Of a stretch of DNA of 64,000 nt, positions 52,325-64,000 are shown piece by piece. The stretch lies in NCBI RefSeq assembly GCF_001194135.2, contig NC_068984.1:90870691-90934690 (forward strand), given 5' to 3'. Position 1 is the first letter of the stretch, and each line of letters opens with the position of its first letter. The notes below the pieces were generated by a model, which saw only the letters and a list, made by a program, of their open reading frames with translations, made no database searches and was not told the DNA's origin. A program made the position numbers and the translations under genes. Origin of the DNA: Octopus bimaculoides (lineage: Eukaryota).

Positions 52325-52562
52325 CTTATTTCTTTATTGCCCACAAGGGGCTAAACATAGAGGGGACAAACAAGGACAGACAAATGTATTGAGTCAATTA
52401 CATTGACCCCAATGCGTAAGTGGTACTTAATTTATCGACCCCGAAAGGATGAAAGGCAAAGTCGACCTCGGCGGAATTTGAACTCAGAACGTAGCGGCAG
52501 ACGAAATACCATTAAGCATTTCGCCCGGCGTGCTAACGTTTCTGCCAGCTCGCCGCCTTTTA
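52325..52562 (-). mobile_element. Young SINE copy (CpG-rich family)
   Basis: Minus strand reads 'aaaggcggcgagctggcagaaacgttagcacgccgggcgaaatgc..ctgagttcaaattccgccgaggtcgac..ccccttgtgggcaataaagaaataa', with CpGs retained. Confidence 0.85.
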
Positions 52563-55500
52563 AGCTATTTTAAGTTTCATGCCTCTAATAATACATTGGT
52601 CAGATAAGCTTGTATAGCATGATGTATATTTTTGGAAGGATATATCAATACAATTTAATGTCAGGTTCCAAATTTTGAGCCCAAATAATTGCTTGAAAGT
52701 ACATGATATGCTGTAGAAGTTCATCAAGCTATTGATTATCAGTGGCATAAAACTTATGTAGCTTACATTTAAAGCCTGTGTCTATTAAATGATATTATTC
52801 TTTCACTGGGTGGAGTATATATATATATTTATAAACATACGTACATATATACATACACACACACACATGTATATCATTTACTTACATACAATCTGCCTCT
52901 CTACTTCATTGTGTTTTATTTTCTCTGTGATATGCATTCTATTGTTTCAACGTGCCATCTATAGCTAAGTTTTATTTTCTTCACTTATTTTTTTTTTCTT
53001 TCTCTTCTATTTCATTCTGGCTGTTGACTATTTATTTATTATCTTTCTGTATTGGTATTTAGATGATATTCTTCACATTAGTAGATGAAAGGGTCAGTTC
53101 TCTTTTGGTCTATGACCTGAAACTAGAGATGTGGATGCTTCTACAGACTATAATAATGTAAATGCTTAGCACTATAGATAATGTACAAAGAGTTGATGAA
53201 GCATGTACTGAATCTTAGCAAGATGATATTTCTGTTTTGGATGTAGTTCCGTTGGCAGGTCAAAGGCTGGGTTTGTGCTGCCCGAGAATCAGTATTTTTT
53301 CTCTACATCTGTAAATACTTGTATTGAAACAATAAAACAAGTAAGGTGTAAAAAGAAGATACAAGAAGAAATTTGCATATCACCAAAATCTCATGTTTTT
53401 CTGGTTCTTTTTATGTGACTACCTTATCACATAACATAGCTGCTGCTTTGTTCAAATATGAGATTCTTTAAACTTTTATATAATTGAATTTTAATTTCCA
53501 TTCAATTTTGCCATATTAAACTATATCGCAAATAAATTAAATATACAGTATTAAAGAATCTCTACTAGATAATTTAATTCTGATATTTATCTTTAATATA
53601 AATGCTATTTTCAAATGTTTTTTTCCTTGTTTTGTCAAAGCTGACTCATTCATGGATTTTCTGTTTTCTTTTTAAAGGTATGGAATAAAAATCTCTGTGT
53701 AGATGTATCAAAATAATTTAATGTCTAATGTTACATGTGACAAATTAAAATGAATTTCTAATAAATAAAACTGTTTAAATTTCAAATATATATATGTATG
53801 TATGTATGTATGTTTGTGTGTGTATGTATATATATATATATATATATATAATCTTTTTTAATATCATAAGTGCTTTCTATATATGCATGCATGTGCATAC
53901 ATACAAACTCACACATACACAAACTGCTGGTGCTACTTAAATCATGTAATCATATTTTACTTCTTTCAAAATTTGAGATCAATGTATCTATAGGATATCT
54001 GTGTTAAGTATGTCAATATCTCTAATAACCAGTCAAGAAGTTGGAAGGTTGTATCGTATCACTTATGTTATGCAGTGACAGTGGTCAATTAATCTAATAG
54101 TAGGTACAGCAGAATGTAATGGTTCATTACAGTAGGCAGTAGCAACACTGTAAATTTGATAAGTATTTTGTTGGTAAGTTCACCTTTGTGGGTATGACTG
54201 AGAGTAGAGTCTTATTGGTTTAACAGTTATGAAAAGTCATTTGATTTGATTTTTGTCTGAGAGTAGCTAGATTGTTTATGTCAAGTAAATCCATTCAAAT
54301 CTAATATAAAGTCTCATAATAAGCAGTTGGTTAAACCAAACTATACATCATAAAGCATTTCTAATTTGATTTAATTCTGAAAATATGAGACAAGTATTAT
54401 ATTTACAACACTGATCCTAACGATAACTAATATGTATGTTTATGTAGATGAGTTGAAAGCTTTACTGTTAGATGAATATTTAACATGTATCTTGTCACTG
54501 AGACACTTAATTTTCAGTGGCCATCTCCCAGAGACACTGCAGAGAAATACAATTTGTCACTGTTGGAAGCAGAAGGAATGTTATATAATTGCACAATATT
54601 TCATCAACTTGTTTATCCCTTTAGCATTTAATCCAGCCAAAATATTCTGCCTGTTTTATGTTCTTACCAGCTAGATCTGGCCTCTCACACTGTTATAATG
54701 TCATTCTAAAATTAGACAATCACATCATCAAAATCTCAAAATACATGATAATGCATGATTAATTCAAAACAGTATGAATAAATCAGCATTATATTTAACA
54801 GAGTAATCTGAATATTAAAGGTGAAAGGTCTTTCAAGTACAGTGCAAGTGAGGGAGAAACAACTCAAGTGTATATTTCTGAGTTACTCCTGAAAACAACA
54901 TTAACATCTTAATAGATCAGTTGACATGATATACACATGCATATATGTGTAGGTCACTGTATAACTTTGTAAGGTTATATGTTAACAAAGCAAGAAATGT
55001 ATCTAGATTTTATTAAATGTATGTCCTTTTTATCAAACCCATAATTTTATAAATTAAGTACTATATATTTCATAGAGAAGATACTAATAGGCACAAATAC
55101 AGATGTTTAGTTAAATTTTCTTTACAACTATGTGTTTGTGGCTTCAATCCAACTGCACAACATCTTGGACAAGTATCTTGTACTGTACCTTTCGGTTGAC
55201 CAATACTTTGTGATTGGAACTTGATGGGTAGAAACTGCAAAAGCCTGCCATCTGTGTGTATGCCTTTTACCAATTAAAAAATTTGAAAATTCAGTGCTTA
55301 CAGACTGGGTGATGTATGTTTTGCACTATATTACACTCGTATCACTTTCTCAGAAATGTAATAAAACAGTGACTGGCCCTTTGGAAACCTGTAACTAGTG
55401 ATGCTATGTCGGCATGTTCATGTGCTTAAGAAATTTGCTCTGTAATCATTCAATCTTATTGCATAGCACCTTGAGGAAGCATCTTAACCACTGTGCCTGG

Positions 55501-55847
55501 GAATATATTGTATTTATTTTAATTTACATTACAGTTGATGAAGAGTAGCATTGTTTGTCACAGGATTCCTACAAGCCAATTACTATACTACAGGCAGGCA
55601 GACATGGCTGTTTGGTAAGAAGTTTGCATCTCAACCACATGGTTTTGGATGATGGTGGACAAACAGACACACACACACGTGTGTGTGTGTGTATATATGC
55701 ATATATAAAGGTCTTCTTTCACTTTCCGTGTAGGTGCCATGCAGTGGGACTGAATCTGGAACCACAAGCTTGGGAAGCAAGCCTCTTGCCACGCCTGCAC
55801 TTTTTTTGCAAGGTAAAAGTTCTAGCTCATGAACTTGGTTTGTCCTT

Positions 55848-56335
55848 CATCATCATCATCATCATCGTTTAACGTCCGCTTTCCATGCTAGCATGGGTTG
55901 GACGATTTGACTGAGGACTGGCGAACCAGATGGCTGCACCAGGCTCCAATCTGATCTGGCAGAGTTTCTACAGCTGGATGCCCTTCCTAACACCAACCAC
56001 TCCAAGAGTGTAGTGGGTGCTTTTACGTGCCACGGGCATGAGGGCCAGTCAGGCGGTACTGGCAACAGCCACGCTCGAAATGGTATTTTCTACATGCCAC
56101 CTGCACAGGAACCAGTCCAGCAGCACTGGCAATGACCTTGCTCGAATGTTTTTTCAAGTGCCAGTAAGGCAATGCTGGTAACAATCACACTCAAATGGTG
56201 CTATTTACGTGCCACTGGCACGGAAGCCAGAGAGCTGCTCTGGCAATGATCGCGCTCCACTGGCATGGGTGCCAGTCATCGAATTTGGTTCAAGTACGAT
56301 TTCGATTTCACTTGCCCCAACAAGTCTTTGCAAGC
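55848..56335 (-). mobile_element. RTE 3' UTR and tail fragment
   Basis: Near-identical to 38518-38900. Confidence 0.9.
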
Positions 56336-57834
56336 AAGCTTATCTCATGAATTTAACTACCACTATTCTAAAGTCATAACATGACTTAAAATTCTGGTAT
56401 CCAACCTGTCAATCTGCCTGCTTTGGTTGTATAATTGATCTTTAGTCTACATTATTATGTAGCTGCATTGAGAGCAAGTGCTTTCAATCTAATTATGTTC
56501 ACTCGAAAGATAATTTGTCATCAATAAATTTAATCAAGTTTCTGCATTATATTACATGTAGCTGTTAAGTTCACAAATTCATGAGAATCATACATCTGTA
56601 ACCTAGCCAAACTACATCTCCAAAGGTTAAGGTTCCTCTTTAAAGGAAAAAAAAAAATTGTCATTGAATAGTTGCTAACTCTGCAAGGAACAACTTGCTC
56701 CATACATAAGCATTCTAGAGCAGAGGTGGGTAACCTATGGGTTTCTGAAAGAAATGCAATGTTTAAAGGAAAATTAATGTACTGGGATATAATTTTGTTC
56801 CTTTGATTTTATTTAGAGCTTATCTTTTCATTTAACTGCAAATTTTAGAAATATCTATTTATATTTTTTTTTACTACATTTGTAGTTATTTGCTTTAATT
56901 TCAAATGTGTTTAAAACATGGAAATCCATAATGTTTGGAAGAAAGTTACAGAGGTGAGTATTTATTCTGAAAATCTACTTTTTAAACATTTTATTAGCTT
57001 TTATGAATAATCAAATTTTATAAAATAATAGGATTAGCAACACAATTTTGTTTTAAATGTGGTCTTGTTGGAAGGCAGTTAACATCAATGCAGCCTTCTA
57101 ACATAAAAAGGTTCCTATCCTCCGAAAGAAACATCCAACTAATTAGCAAGTTTTCATTTACTAACATTATAAAAGACTAAGCTATCAATAAACTGCACTG
57201 CCAACCCCATTTTCATATGAAAAGTAAAAATTGTTAAGTCTTATTTAAATTACCTGTACCAAAATATTTTTTAATTTCCTATTATCCCTTTATCATAAAA
57301 TTTTATTTATTCTGTTTATTCTATAAACAGCAAAGATTTTACAACTCCTGTAGTCACTTTATGAATTTATAAATTATCCTTGTAATGTCTTGAAAGATAA
57401 CTGAGTTGGCCTCATGATAGGCATGTGTCTGTAAAACACTCTAAGATCAGTCCAACCTATGCTGGTGTAGAAAAGCAGATGAAAAATATGTTGACTGTTT
57501 ATTTACAAATGTTGCAAGAATTTAATACTGGTTGAACACACAAACTCAAACATGACACACAAGGAGAGAGAGAATTATTATTGCCTATTCAGCATGTATA
57601 AGTGTGTGTGTTTATGTAATGAAACTGGAGAAAACTGTAAAATATGGATAGACAGAGAAATATATCATATCCTTTCTTATGTTCATCTTGTACATTGAAA
57701 ATTTGTTCTAGCATCCTATTACAACTATCTTTTAACTTCTTGACACCTGGAAAAAAGTCACCCGCCTGCTAAATACTCCCTTCACTTAGTCATAGGGGTC
57801 TTTCCCTTGTTCTTTTTCTCCCTTGCAAGTTACT

Positions 57835-58075
57835 TGGCAACCTCACTAGTGCTGGTGTACTGAGAAAAAGCAACCAGTATGCACTGTAAGGTGCTTAGCG
57901 TATGGAAGGATATTTAGCTATGGAAATCATGCTAAAGCAGACATTAGAGCACAATATAACCTGGGTTTAGTCCTACTATGTTGCACGTTGGGCAAGTGTC
58001 ATCTATTATAGCCTCAGGCCAACCAAAACCTTGTGAGTGGATTTGGTAGACAGAAACTGAAAGAAGCCCATAGTA
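57835..58075 (+). mobile_element. RTE-tail fragment followed by a SINE fragment
   Basis: 'agtgctggtg..gaaaaagcaacc..ggaagg' then 'gggcaagtgtc..ccttgtgagtggatttggtagacagaaactgaaagaagccc'. Confidence 0.7.
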
Positions 58076-58240
58076 TATATATATATATATATATAAGGCA
58101 ATGAAGAAGATAATCAATCAACAAACATCAGCCTGCAAACATTCATTTGGATCTGTCTATTAATTAATTACAATCATATGTATAAGTAAGTAAATAAAAA
58201 AATAGTAAATGAATAAGAATAAATGAGTGAATAATATTAT

Positions 58241-58347
58241 ACTCTTACAGCTGTTTCTACTTAAAGGGGTCCAATTTGCCAAGGTTTACACATCATACTA
58301 GTATTATACAAAAATTGGACAATAATTGAACCCCAAAGCTTCAGAGT
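58241..58347 (-). ncRNA. Degenerate hammerhead (left-arm copy)
   Basis: GAAAC-AGCT-GTA-agagt is intact, but the core region is shortened to act-CTGAAG-ctttgg by small deletions. Confidence 0.55.
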
Positions 58348-60391
58348 CCATAATGGTAAGCATCTAACATGTGAGGAAGTAAAATAAAATAATAAAAATA
58401 GTAAGGAAATAGTAAAAAATAAGCATAGGTTATGAGATTACATCTTATAGTAAAAAAAGTCACTTCTAGAAGTAATCTTCATAGGTTATGAGAATTACAT
58501 CTTATTTCAATTTACTAGTAAATTACTAATAATAATAATAACAGCAGACATAACAATAGTAACTACATTGCACCATATGCTACCCCCAATATACACACTA
58601 ACCAAACCAGTGTAGACCCCACACAACAGGAAAGACCTTGTGATTGTAGAAATAGTAATAATTTCAATAAAAAAGATGTAGTGGAGTGGGGTTAATGGGA
58701 TGGTCCATATCACAGGGGTCAAAAGTTTGAAGCTAACGGCTATGTAATAGGATATCATAGAATTAACAAGGTTAACTTAATGTGAACTTTTTGGCAAAAT
58801 CAGTACATAACGATATCAGTGAAGAAATAATTATGGTAAAAATTAAGTATGCTGTTATTACTTATTAATAAAAAAACTCATCCTAATACCCCTATGGCAA
58901 GGTCAAAGTTAATCCTACAACTTAATTGGTCCACTTATATTTGAAAACAATGGCATTGTTCAGGTCCGTTAAATCTATCAATAAAATACAAAACAAATAG
59001 AAGAAAATATTCGAGGAATGAATTGTCTAAGAGGCCTTACATACTAAAGGAGTAGTAAATGATACTTGTGGTTAAGGATATGTTATGTTATGAATACATC
59101 TGAAATACAAATCAATTTACAAATAATTGCCTGAATGAGAAAAGAAAAGATGGAAAATGAATGAAAATATGTACATTCATGGACTATAGCTATAAGGATA
59201 AAATGAATACCATAAGAAATCCCCAAACAGGTACCCATTGTCAGCTTGTATGATGTGAATAATGCAACCACCAAAGATAGATATAACATCAATATTAATA
59301 ATTATAATAATTATTATTGCCTATATAAAAATAAAAATAATAGACCAACAAACAGTAATCCTAATCATACGAACCAAGGAAATGATACAGTCTGGCTAAT
59401 ATTACCATATGCTATGCAAATCGAAAACAACTTAGTGAAAATAATCTTTAAACTAATTAACAAACATTCATAAGAGGAAAAAAATAAATATTGAGAAATC
59501 ATTAATAGTAAAACAATAACAATAGGTTATAGCCTAGCCTGATGCATAACCTGCTTACTATCATCTCCTCTATGAATAATAAAAAACTTGACACTTTTTA
59601 CTTAAATAGAAAAAATAATGATAGTAATGTTAACACTAATTATAATAATTACAGCAGACATAACAATAGTAACTACATTGCACCATATGCTACCCCCAAT
59701 ATACACACTAAGCAAACCAGTGTAGACCTTGTGATTATAGAAATCGTAATAATTGCAATAAAAAAGAAATAGTTTACCAATGTATAGCAACTACTGGTTT
59801 GAGTAATTATATGAGTATTAAAGATAAGGGTATTAGTTATGACCTCCATTGGAAAATTTTAGCTGAAGTCCCTGCGTATGATTTAAGGAATAAGAAATGT
59901 TATTTGTGTATAAATGAAATCCTCTATTTAACAGTAAAAAAAGAAAAGTATGTTTTCTGGCTTCATAAGGCTAAACACACTTTCTCTAAATATTGTTGAT
60001 ATTAATTATTAGTATTAGTGTCTCCTTTGATAATAACAGATTATTGGGACTTGACTGCTCCATAGTGTAAATCTTTATACCTCTTTGCCTGATTAAATAT
60101 TTTCTAGTACTTCTAAATCTACCCCACTTTATTTTTTTGCCACTAGTCACCTATTCCTTAACCTTCTCTGAATTGCAAACATATAAACCCTTAAGCATTA
60201 ATATTTGCATTATACCCCTACACTTGTTATAGGTAATATGAATTAATTTTTACTCTCTTCCTGAACCCTTTTTCTTAATCTGAGCACTATATATTGTATG
60301 CCATCCTTTTCTACTATATGTATAAGATAGCCTTCTCTATATACCTTATATATATTATTTTATTTATAAATATATACTTAATTAGTATATA

Positions 60392-60422
<31 letters not shown>

Positions 60423-61431
60423 CTGAAGCCAGCTTTCATGAGGATGTTACTCCATATATTTCTAAGCATTTATCCATGAGTGTTGACTTATATACTTATT
60501 AATATTTGTACAAGTAGGTGTAGTCATATACATCTCATGATAAACTACCCCATAAAATTACTATCCTTTCGTCTCTATCCTAGCCTGAGTAATTCTCATA
60601 TTTGTAATTAATTTTACAAGTTTACAACCTTGTACAACTTCACAACCATATGCAATTATATCACATAGGTTCGTTACTTTCCTTTAAGCTCTACTTCTAT
60701 CCTAACCTGTATACCCTCTGTTTCTCTCTATAAATGAAATTAACCTCAACCCTGTTTTAGTGCCTAAATATCTCTCTGTATTATAATATTCTAATACAGA
60801 GAGATATTTAGGCATTACACGGTTGCCTCCCTTTAGCTATAGTATATAATTATGAATGTATTTTCATTCATTTCTTTTTCATCTTTTCTCATTCAGACAA
60901 TTACTTGTCAATTGGAAATGTAGCTTAGATCTATTCATAACAGAATAACATATCCCTGACTGCAAGTATTATTTACCACCCCTAAGCCCTATTTCAGTAC
61001 CTAAATATTTCTCTGCATTCTAATATTATAATATTACATTATAATGCTAGACCCCCAACAGCACACTTAATTTTTACCTAAATTATTTCTTCATTGATAT
61101 CGTTATGTACTGATTTTGCCAATAAGTTCACATTAAGTTAACCTTGTTAATTCCATGATATCCTATTACATAGCCGTTAGCTTCTAACTTTTGACCCCTG
61201 TGATATGGACCACCCCATTAACCCCACTCCACTCCACTACGTCTTACCCTTGCTATATCCTCCAGTAAATTGAAATAAGATGTAATTCTCATAACCTACA
61301 GAGATTACTTCTAGAAGTTACTTTTTTACTATAAGATGTAATCTCATAACCTATGTTTATTTTTTACTATTCCCTTACTATTTTTATTATTTTATTTTAC
61401 TTCCTCACATGTTAGATTCTTACCATTATGG

Positions 61432-61563
61432 ACTCTCTGAAGAAGCTTTGGCCAACTCCTGTCCAATTTTTGTTCAGCCTTTGTACAATCTCTGTATAAT
61501 ATTGGTATGATGTGTATACCTTGGCAAGTTGGACCCCCCTAAAGTAGAAACAGCTGTAAGAGT
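61432..61563 (+). ncRNA. Minimal type-I hammerhead ribozyme, intact core, about 100-nt domain II
   Basis: actct-CTGAAGA-a-gctttgg...ctaaagt-a-GAAAC-AGCT-GTA-agagt. Confidence 0.8.
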
Positions 61564-61893
61564 ATAGTATTATTCACTCATTTATTCTTATTCATTTAAG
61601 TATTCTTTTATTTACTTGTTTATTTACTTACTTATACATATGATTGTAATTAATAAACAGATCCAAATGAATGTTTTCATTCTGATGTTTGTTGATTGAT
61701 AATCTTCTCCATTTTCTTCTTTGCCTTATAAATTCTGGGTAAATTTTTGCTTTACCCCCACTCATACCTATTATTCAATTGTGCTACTGCCCTACAACAG
61801 TAAGTATTTGGATATAAATACATAGGTATACATTCAGTAGTATATTGGATATTTATTATCCCTTAGATGGTTGCTTAACCTCTAACTCATGCA

Positions 61894-61929
<36 letters not shown>

Positions 61930-62157
61930 NNNNNNNNNNNNNNNNNNNNNNNNNNNNNNNNNNNNNNNNNNNNNNNNNNNNNNNNNNNNNNNNNNNNNNN
62001 NNNNNNNNNNNNNNNNNNNNNNNNNNNNNNNNNNNNNNNNNNNNNNNNNNNNNNNNNNNNNNNNNNNNNNNNNNNNNNNNNNNNNNNNNNNNTAACCTCG
62101 TGGGCATCGGTGCCGATTTTCTCTTCCTCTGTTTTTCCATTCTTTGAACTTTCCGTC

Positions 62158-62190
62158 TTTCCGACGAAGGGCTCCGCCCGAAACGTCATA
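62158..62190 (+). ncRNA. Ultra-minimal hammerhead motif in a pLTR-like segment
   Basis: ttt-CCGACGA-a-gggc-tcc-gccc-GAAAC-GTC-ata. U4 is changed to C and stem I is weak. Confidence 0.6.
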
Positions 62191-62429
62191 CTCTCTCTCT
62201 TTCCTTTCCCGAGCGTCCAATAACACTATCCGTATCACGTCCTCACTTTGTTGTTTTTTTGTTATTGTTTTTTGTGTTTTTTTTAACTTTTATATATATA
62301 TATATATATATATATACTACAGGGATTGGGTATTGGTAATTGGGGGTTGGTTGGAGATGGTGACCTTGGTGCAGGGTAGCAACTGGTAACTAAGGTAGTA
62401 TATTCAGGCTGTCAGTGGCTAGTGGCTTG

Positions 62430-62960
62430 AACTTTGCCAGAAGGGCAATACTTCTGGTAGCAGCAGAAGGATAGATTGTATTTCTTATTGAGAGATACTG
62501 CAGTTTGTTGGAGGATATGCAGTTTTTTTGTGGAAGCAGAGCTGGCAATTAGGGGCACCAGGTGAAGCTGATGGCACTCTGTCAACAATAGTCCACTTGA
62601 TGCCGAGTGTTTTGTCTTGGATGTCACAGAATCTCCAGAGGAAAAGAGACAGGGAAGTAGAGTTCTCTCTGACCCTGGATCTGAGTGAGTACATGTGCTA
62701 GCAGTATCTTTTCTTGAAGTCATTAGCTGTCATACCTGTATAGTGCCTAGTGATACCGTCGGATGGTGTAAAATTGGCTCTGTATACTACAGCACTTGAG
62801 AGACAGGATCCTTCTAGAGGGAAGGTGGTGGTGTTGAGGGTTGTGCAGGAGCATTTTTATGTCTGTTGATGCATGCCATATTAGATGCGATGTTGTCTAG
62901 GCAGGAGTAGCTCACCTTGACATTATGGCGGGGTTTGAATAGTTTGTAATACTTGTAATA
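62430..62960 (-). mobile_element. Naiad-type PLE GIY-YIG endonuclease remnant
   Basis: RHNVKVSYSCLDNI, PLEGSCLSSAVVYRA..YTGMTANDFKKRYC*H..NSTSLSLFLW..IKWTIVD..NCQLCFHKK. Confidence 0.85.
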
Positions 62961-63419
62961 CACAAAAGCACATAAGCAAATTCACACACTCACATTTACA
63001 CGTATATACTGGCACACATTGTCCCTTCCTACTTCCCCTCAAACTACACGACCGATTTCCTGTCCACTACGTTGTCAATTTCCTGTTCACCATGTGGCAT
63101 TTCCCAAGTAACTGTTGTGACTGATATACCAACATCAAACCGTGACACCGCATGACCTTCCTTGACTAATTGCAGCCCAACTTATGGTAATAACAATCAC
63201 CTTCTCTCATTCAATTTCAGAATGGTTGAAGATAAGCATCACACTTGAAACTCAGAATACCAATGAATTTGAATCAAACTGTTTTGATCTATACATGTAA
63301 CTCCCAATAAATATGTTAAATGCCCTTCTTTCATTTGTCCACTCACTCATACAATTGCTCCAGACTGCTGAGTGCCATTCGCAACCATCTGGCCAACAGT
63401 TTGCAATGGAGAGACAACC

Positions 63420-63640
63420 ACTATCATACTCACTGATAAATATTCAAATACTTCCAATGAAAATCTATTTGACATGGCTTATGGAGAAGACCGAAAGTGT
63501 CATCAGACACATGTGCTGGAAGGCTTTCTTTTACAAGAAGCCATCCACAACTACATCTACAGATAAGTTTGGCTTCAAATCTCAAAAGTGCCCCCTCACG
63601 TATGAAAGACCTTGAAAACTTTGAGGCTGACCAATGGAAC
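63420..63640 (+). mobile_element. Naiad-type PLE ORF N-terminal remnant
   Basis: YSLINIQILPMKIYLTWLMEKTESVIRHMCWKAFFY..KFGFKSQKCP resembles, from memory, the N-terminus of this PLE clade. Confidence 0.65.
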
Positions 63641-63671
63641 ATTGTAAAGAAGGTAAGGTTTCAGCCAGTGT

Positions 63672-64000
63672 AGGGGTACTGGCAACGGTCTCGCTCGAAA
63701 AATTTCTTGTGTCACCCGCGCAAGAGCCAGTCCAGGGGCACTGGCAACGATCTCACTCGAAAGTTTTCATGTGTCGCCTGCACATGAGCCAGTCCAGTGG
63801 CACTGGCAACGGTCTCGCTCGAAAAATTTCTTGTGTCACCCGCACAAGAACCAGTCCAGGGGCACTGGCAATGATCTCACTTGAAGGATTTCATGTGTCG
63901 CCCGCACATGAGCCAGTCCAGGGGAGCCAGCAACAATCTCGCTTGAAAATCCTACAACATGCCCCGCACAAGAGCCAGTCCAGGGGCACTGGCAACGGTC
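63672..64000 (-). repeat. About 57-bp minisatellite derived from the RTE 3' UTR unit, running off the window end
   Basis: Repeated 'ggcactggcaac..tctc.ctcgaaa....gtgtc.cccgcac..gagccagtccag'. The same unit occurs once or twice in RTE copies at about 38720-38810. Confidence 0.9.

Larger units (their letters stand above)
58092..61730. mobile_element. Internally deleted Naiad-type PLE with long inverted pLTR arms
   Basis: 58092-59195 is a diverged reverse complement of about 60832-61730. The central plus strand encodes WLILPY..NNLVKIIFKLINKH..TITIGYS and TGLSNYMSIKDKGISYDLHWKIL..KKCYLCINE. Confidence 0.85.

Noticed and set aside
6658-62238. Long ORFs in the track made of X runs or RE/SL/YI/HT dipeptides
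   Set aside because: Artefacts of N-gaps and microsatellites.
62430-62960. Possible selenocysteine (UGA) recoding reported for some Naiad elements
   Set aside because: The visible Cys positions here are TGC/TGT, the stops look like random decay, and I saw no SECIS.
63100-63155. Possible hammerhead (ctgatat...aaaccgtgacac)
   Set aside because: Core and stem II are too degenerate to support.
63672-64000. CRISPR-like regular repeats
   Set aside because: Eukaryotic context, no unique spacers, no cas genes; the unit derives from the RTE 3' UTR.

Overview
AT-rich, repeat-dense eukaryotic DNA with nine N-gaps, mostly next to microsatellites. The SINE/RTE repeat families look like those I recall from Octopus, so the species is an inference. 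There is one clear protein-coding gene: a YOD1/OTU1-type deubiquitinase with an intronless CDS (49747-50682, +), apparently driven from a CpG-enriched, possibly bidirectional promoter at about 44.7-45.7 kb. Scattered minus-strand exon-like segments suggest a second, long-intron gene that I could not identify. The rest is decayed mobile DNA: CR1-like and RTE LINEs, SINEs, mariner and DD37D-like transposons, a non-autonomous Helitron, an LTR-like segment and at least five Penelope-like element (PLE, Naiad-type) remnants. Most notable: (1) about seven minimal type-I hammerhead ribozyme motifs with palindromic stem-III loops, two with fully intact cores (40696-40751 and 61432-61563), several inside large fold-back structures; (2) a genomic Asn (AAT) at the normally Asp position of the YOD1 catalytic loop, which a single A-to-I edit would restore. 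Repeat boundaries are read by eye and approximate (tens of bp) unless motif coordinates are given.
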